DNA of 64,000 nucleotides from a virus. Its lineage: Duplodnaviria > Heunggongvirae > Uroviricota > Caudoviricetes. The notes under the pieces were generated by a model. It worked only from the letters and a program-made list of their open reading frames with translations. It had not been told where the DNA came from and ran no database searches. Numbering within the stretch: position 1 is the first letter of the stretch; each line of letters begins with the position of its first letter. Both the position numbers and the translations under genes were made by a program. The stretch covers positions 79,136 through 143,135 of the IMG/VR virus record IMGVR_UViG_2595698618_000001. One strand, 5' to 3'. This document shows, one piece after another, positions 63,957-64,000 of this stretch.

Positions 63957-64000
63957 ACACTACCCTACGAGGGATTCACGTATAAGTGTTCCGGTTGACG

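Noticed and set aside
1-64000. tRNA or other structured RNA genes
   Set aside because: I scanned noncoding stretches (1100-1225, 46520-47300, 48262-48400, 48790-49236, 63040-63250) for the GTTCGAATC-type T-arm box and cloverleaf-length GC-rich segments and found none. These regions are AT-rich repeat/hairpin DNA rather than tRNA-like. This is not exhaustive without a covariance-model search.

Overview
This window is a compact, virus-like accessory region, most likely from a haloarchaeal tailed virus or provirus. I infer this from gene organisation only; no structural virion genes lie in the window. It holds about 140 short genes, many overlapping by 1-4 nt (ATGA/TAATG junctions). Nearly every gene carries a haloarchaeal-type core promoter, cGAAAg-N2-TTAAGTA, about 22 nt before an 'agtATG', which implies leaderless mRNAs.

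Strand layout: minus from 1 to ~13.0 kb, plus from ~13.1 to 48.6 kb, minus again from 48.6 to 64 kb. A back-to-back divergent promoter pair sits at ~13.04-13.07 kb, and a convergent junction at ~48.6 kb.

Recognisable functions:
- Two divergent GHKL (Bergerat-fold) ATPase paralogs (5141-6730 minus; 17631-20243 plus).
- Thioredoxin (WCGPC) and a dual-specificity protein phosphatase (HCxAGxxRS).
- A PD-(D/E)xK Hjc-like nuclease.
- A truncated class-I lysyl-tRNA-synthetase-like protein.
- A calcineurin-like phosphoesterase.
- An RNA-ligase-like nucleotidyltransferase, an ATP-dependent DNA ligase, and an HNH-nucleotidyltransferase fusion.
- A class-II CCA-adding/polyA-polymerase head fused to an HD domain.
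- A C5-cytosine DNA methyltransferase.
- An HhH-GPD glycosylase-like protein, SprT-like and HExxH metalloprotease-like proteins, and an SPFH/band-7 protein.
- Two AT-rich LAGLIDADG homing-endonuclease-like genes and one HNH endonuclease; two of these are preceded by paralogous small 'MARD' ORFs.
- Lipobox lipoproteins and many small zinc-ribbon and transmembrane proteins.

The most striking structure runs from 49.5 to 63.0 kb: 26 copies of a ~52-bp repeat, (TTTATATACC or TTAAGTACC)-N5-[CTCCTCGTG c CACGAGGAG]-TATACCACTATAAAAAGG, whose core is a 9+9 perfect palindrome. The copies sit 320-870 bp apart, and each lies between the stop of one small minus-strand gene and the core promoter of the next. 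This forms a cassette-like array of unrelated small genes, many Cys-rich, with conserved hydrophobic micro-ORFs at some junctions. The architecture recalls the promoter-stem-loop (PeSL) cassettes of T4-type phages or integron cassette arrays. The array block is flanked by two noncoding regions (46.5-46.9 kb and 63.04-63.25 kb) that share TCGACA/TGTCGA clusters and a 'TTTCATGAT...AGTGTCA' motif. The second region also has 8-bp tandem repeats and hairpins, so these may be origin or regulatory regions.

I found no rRNA, tRNA or CRISPR array. All coordinates for manually derived small ORFs are hand-counted and may be off by a few nt.
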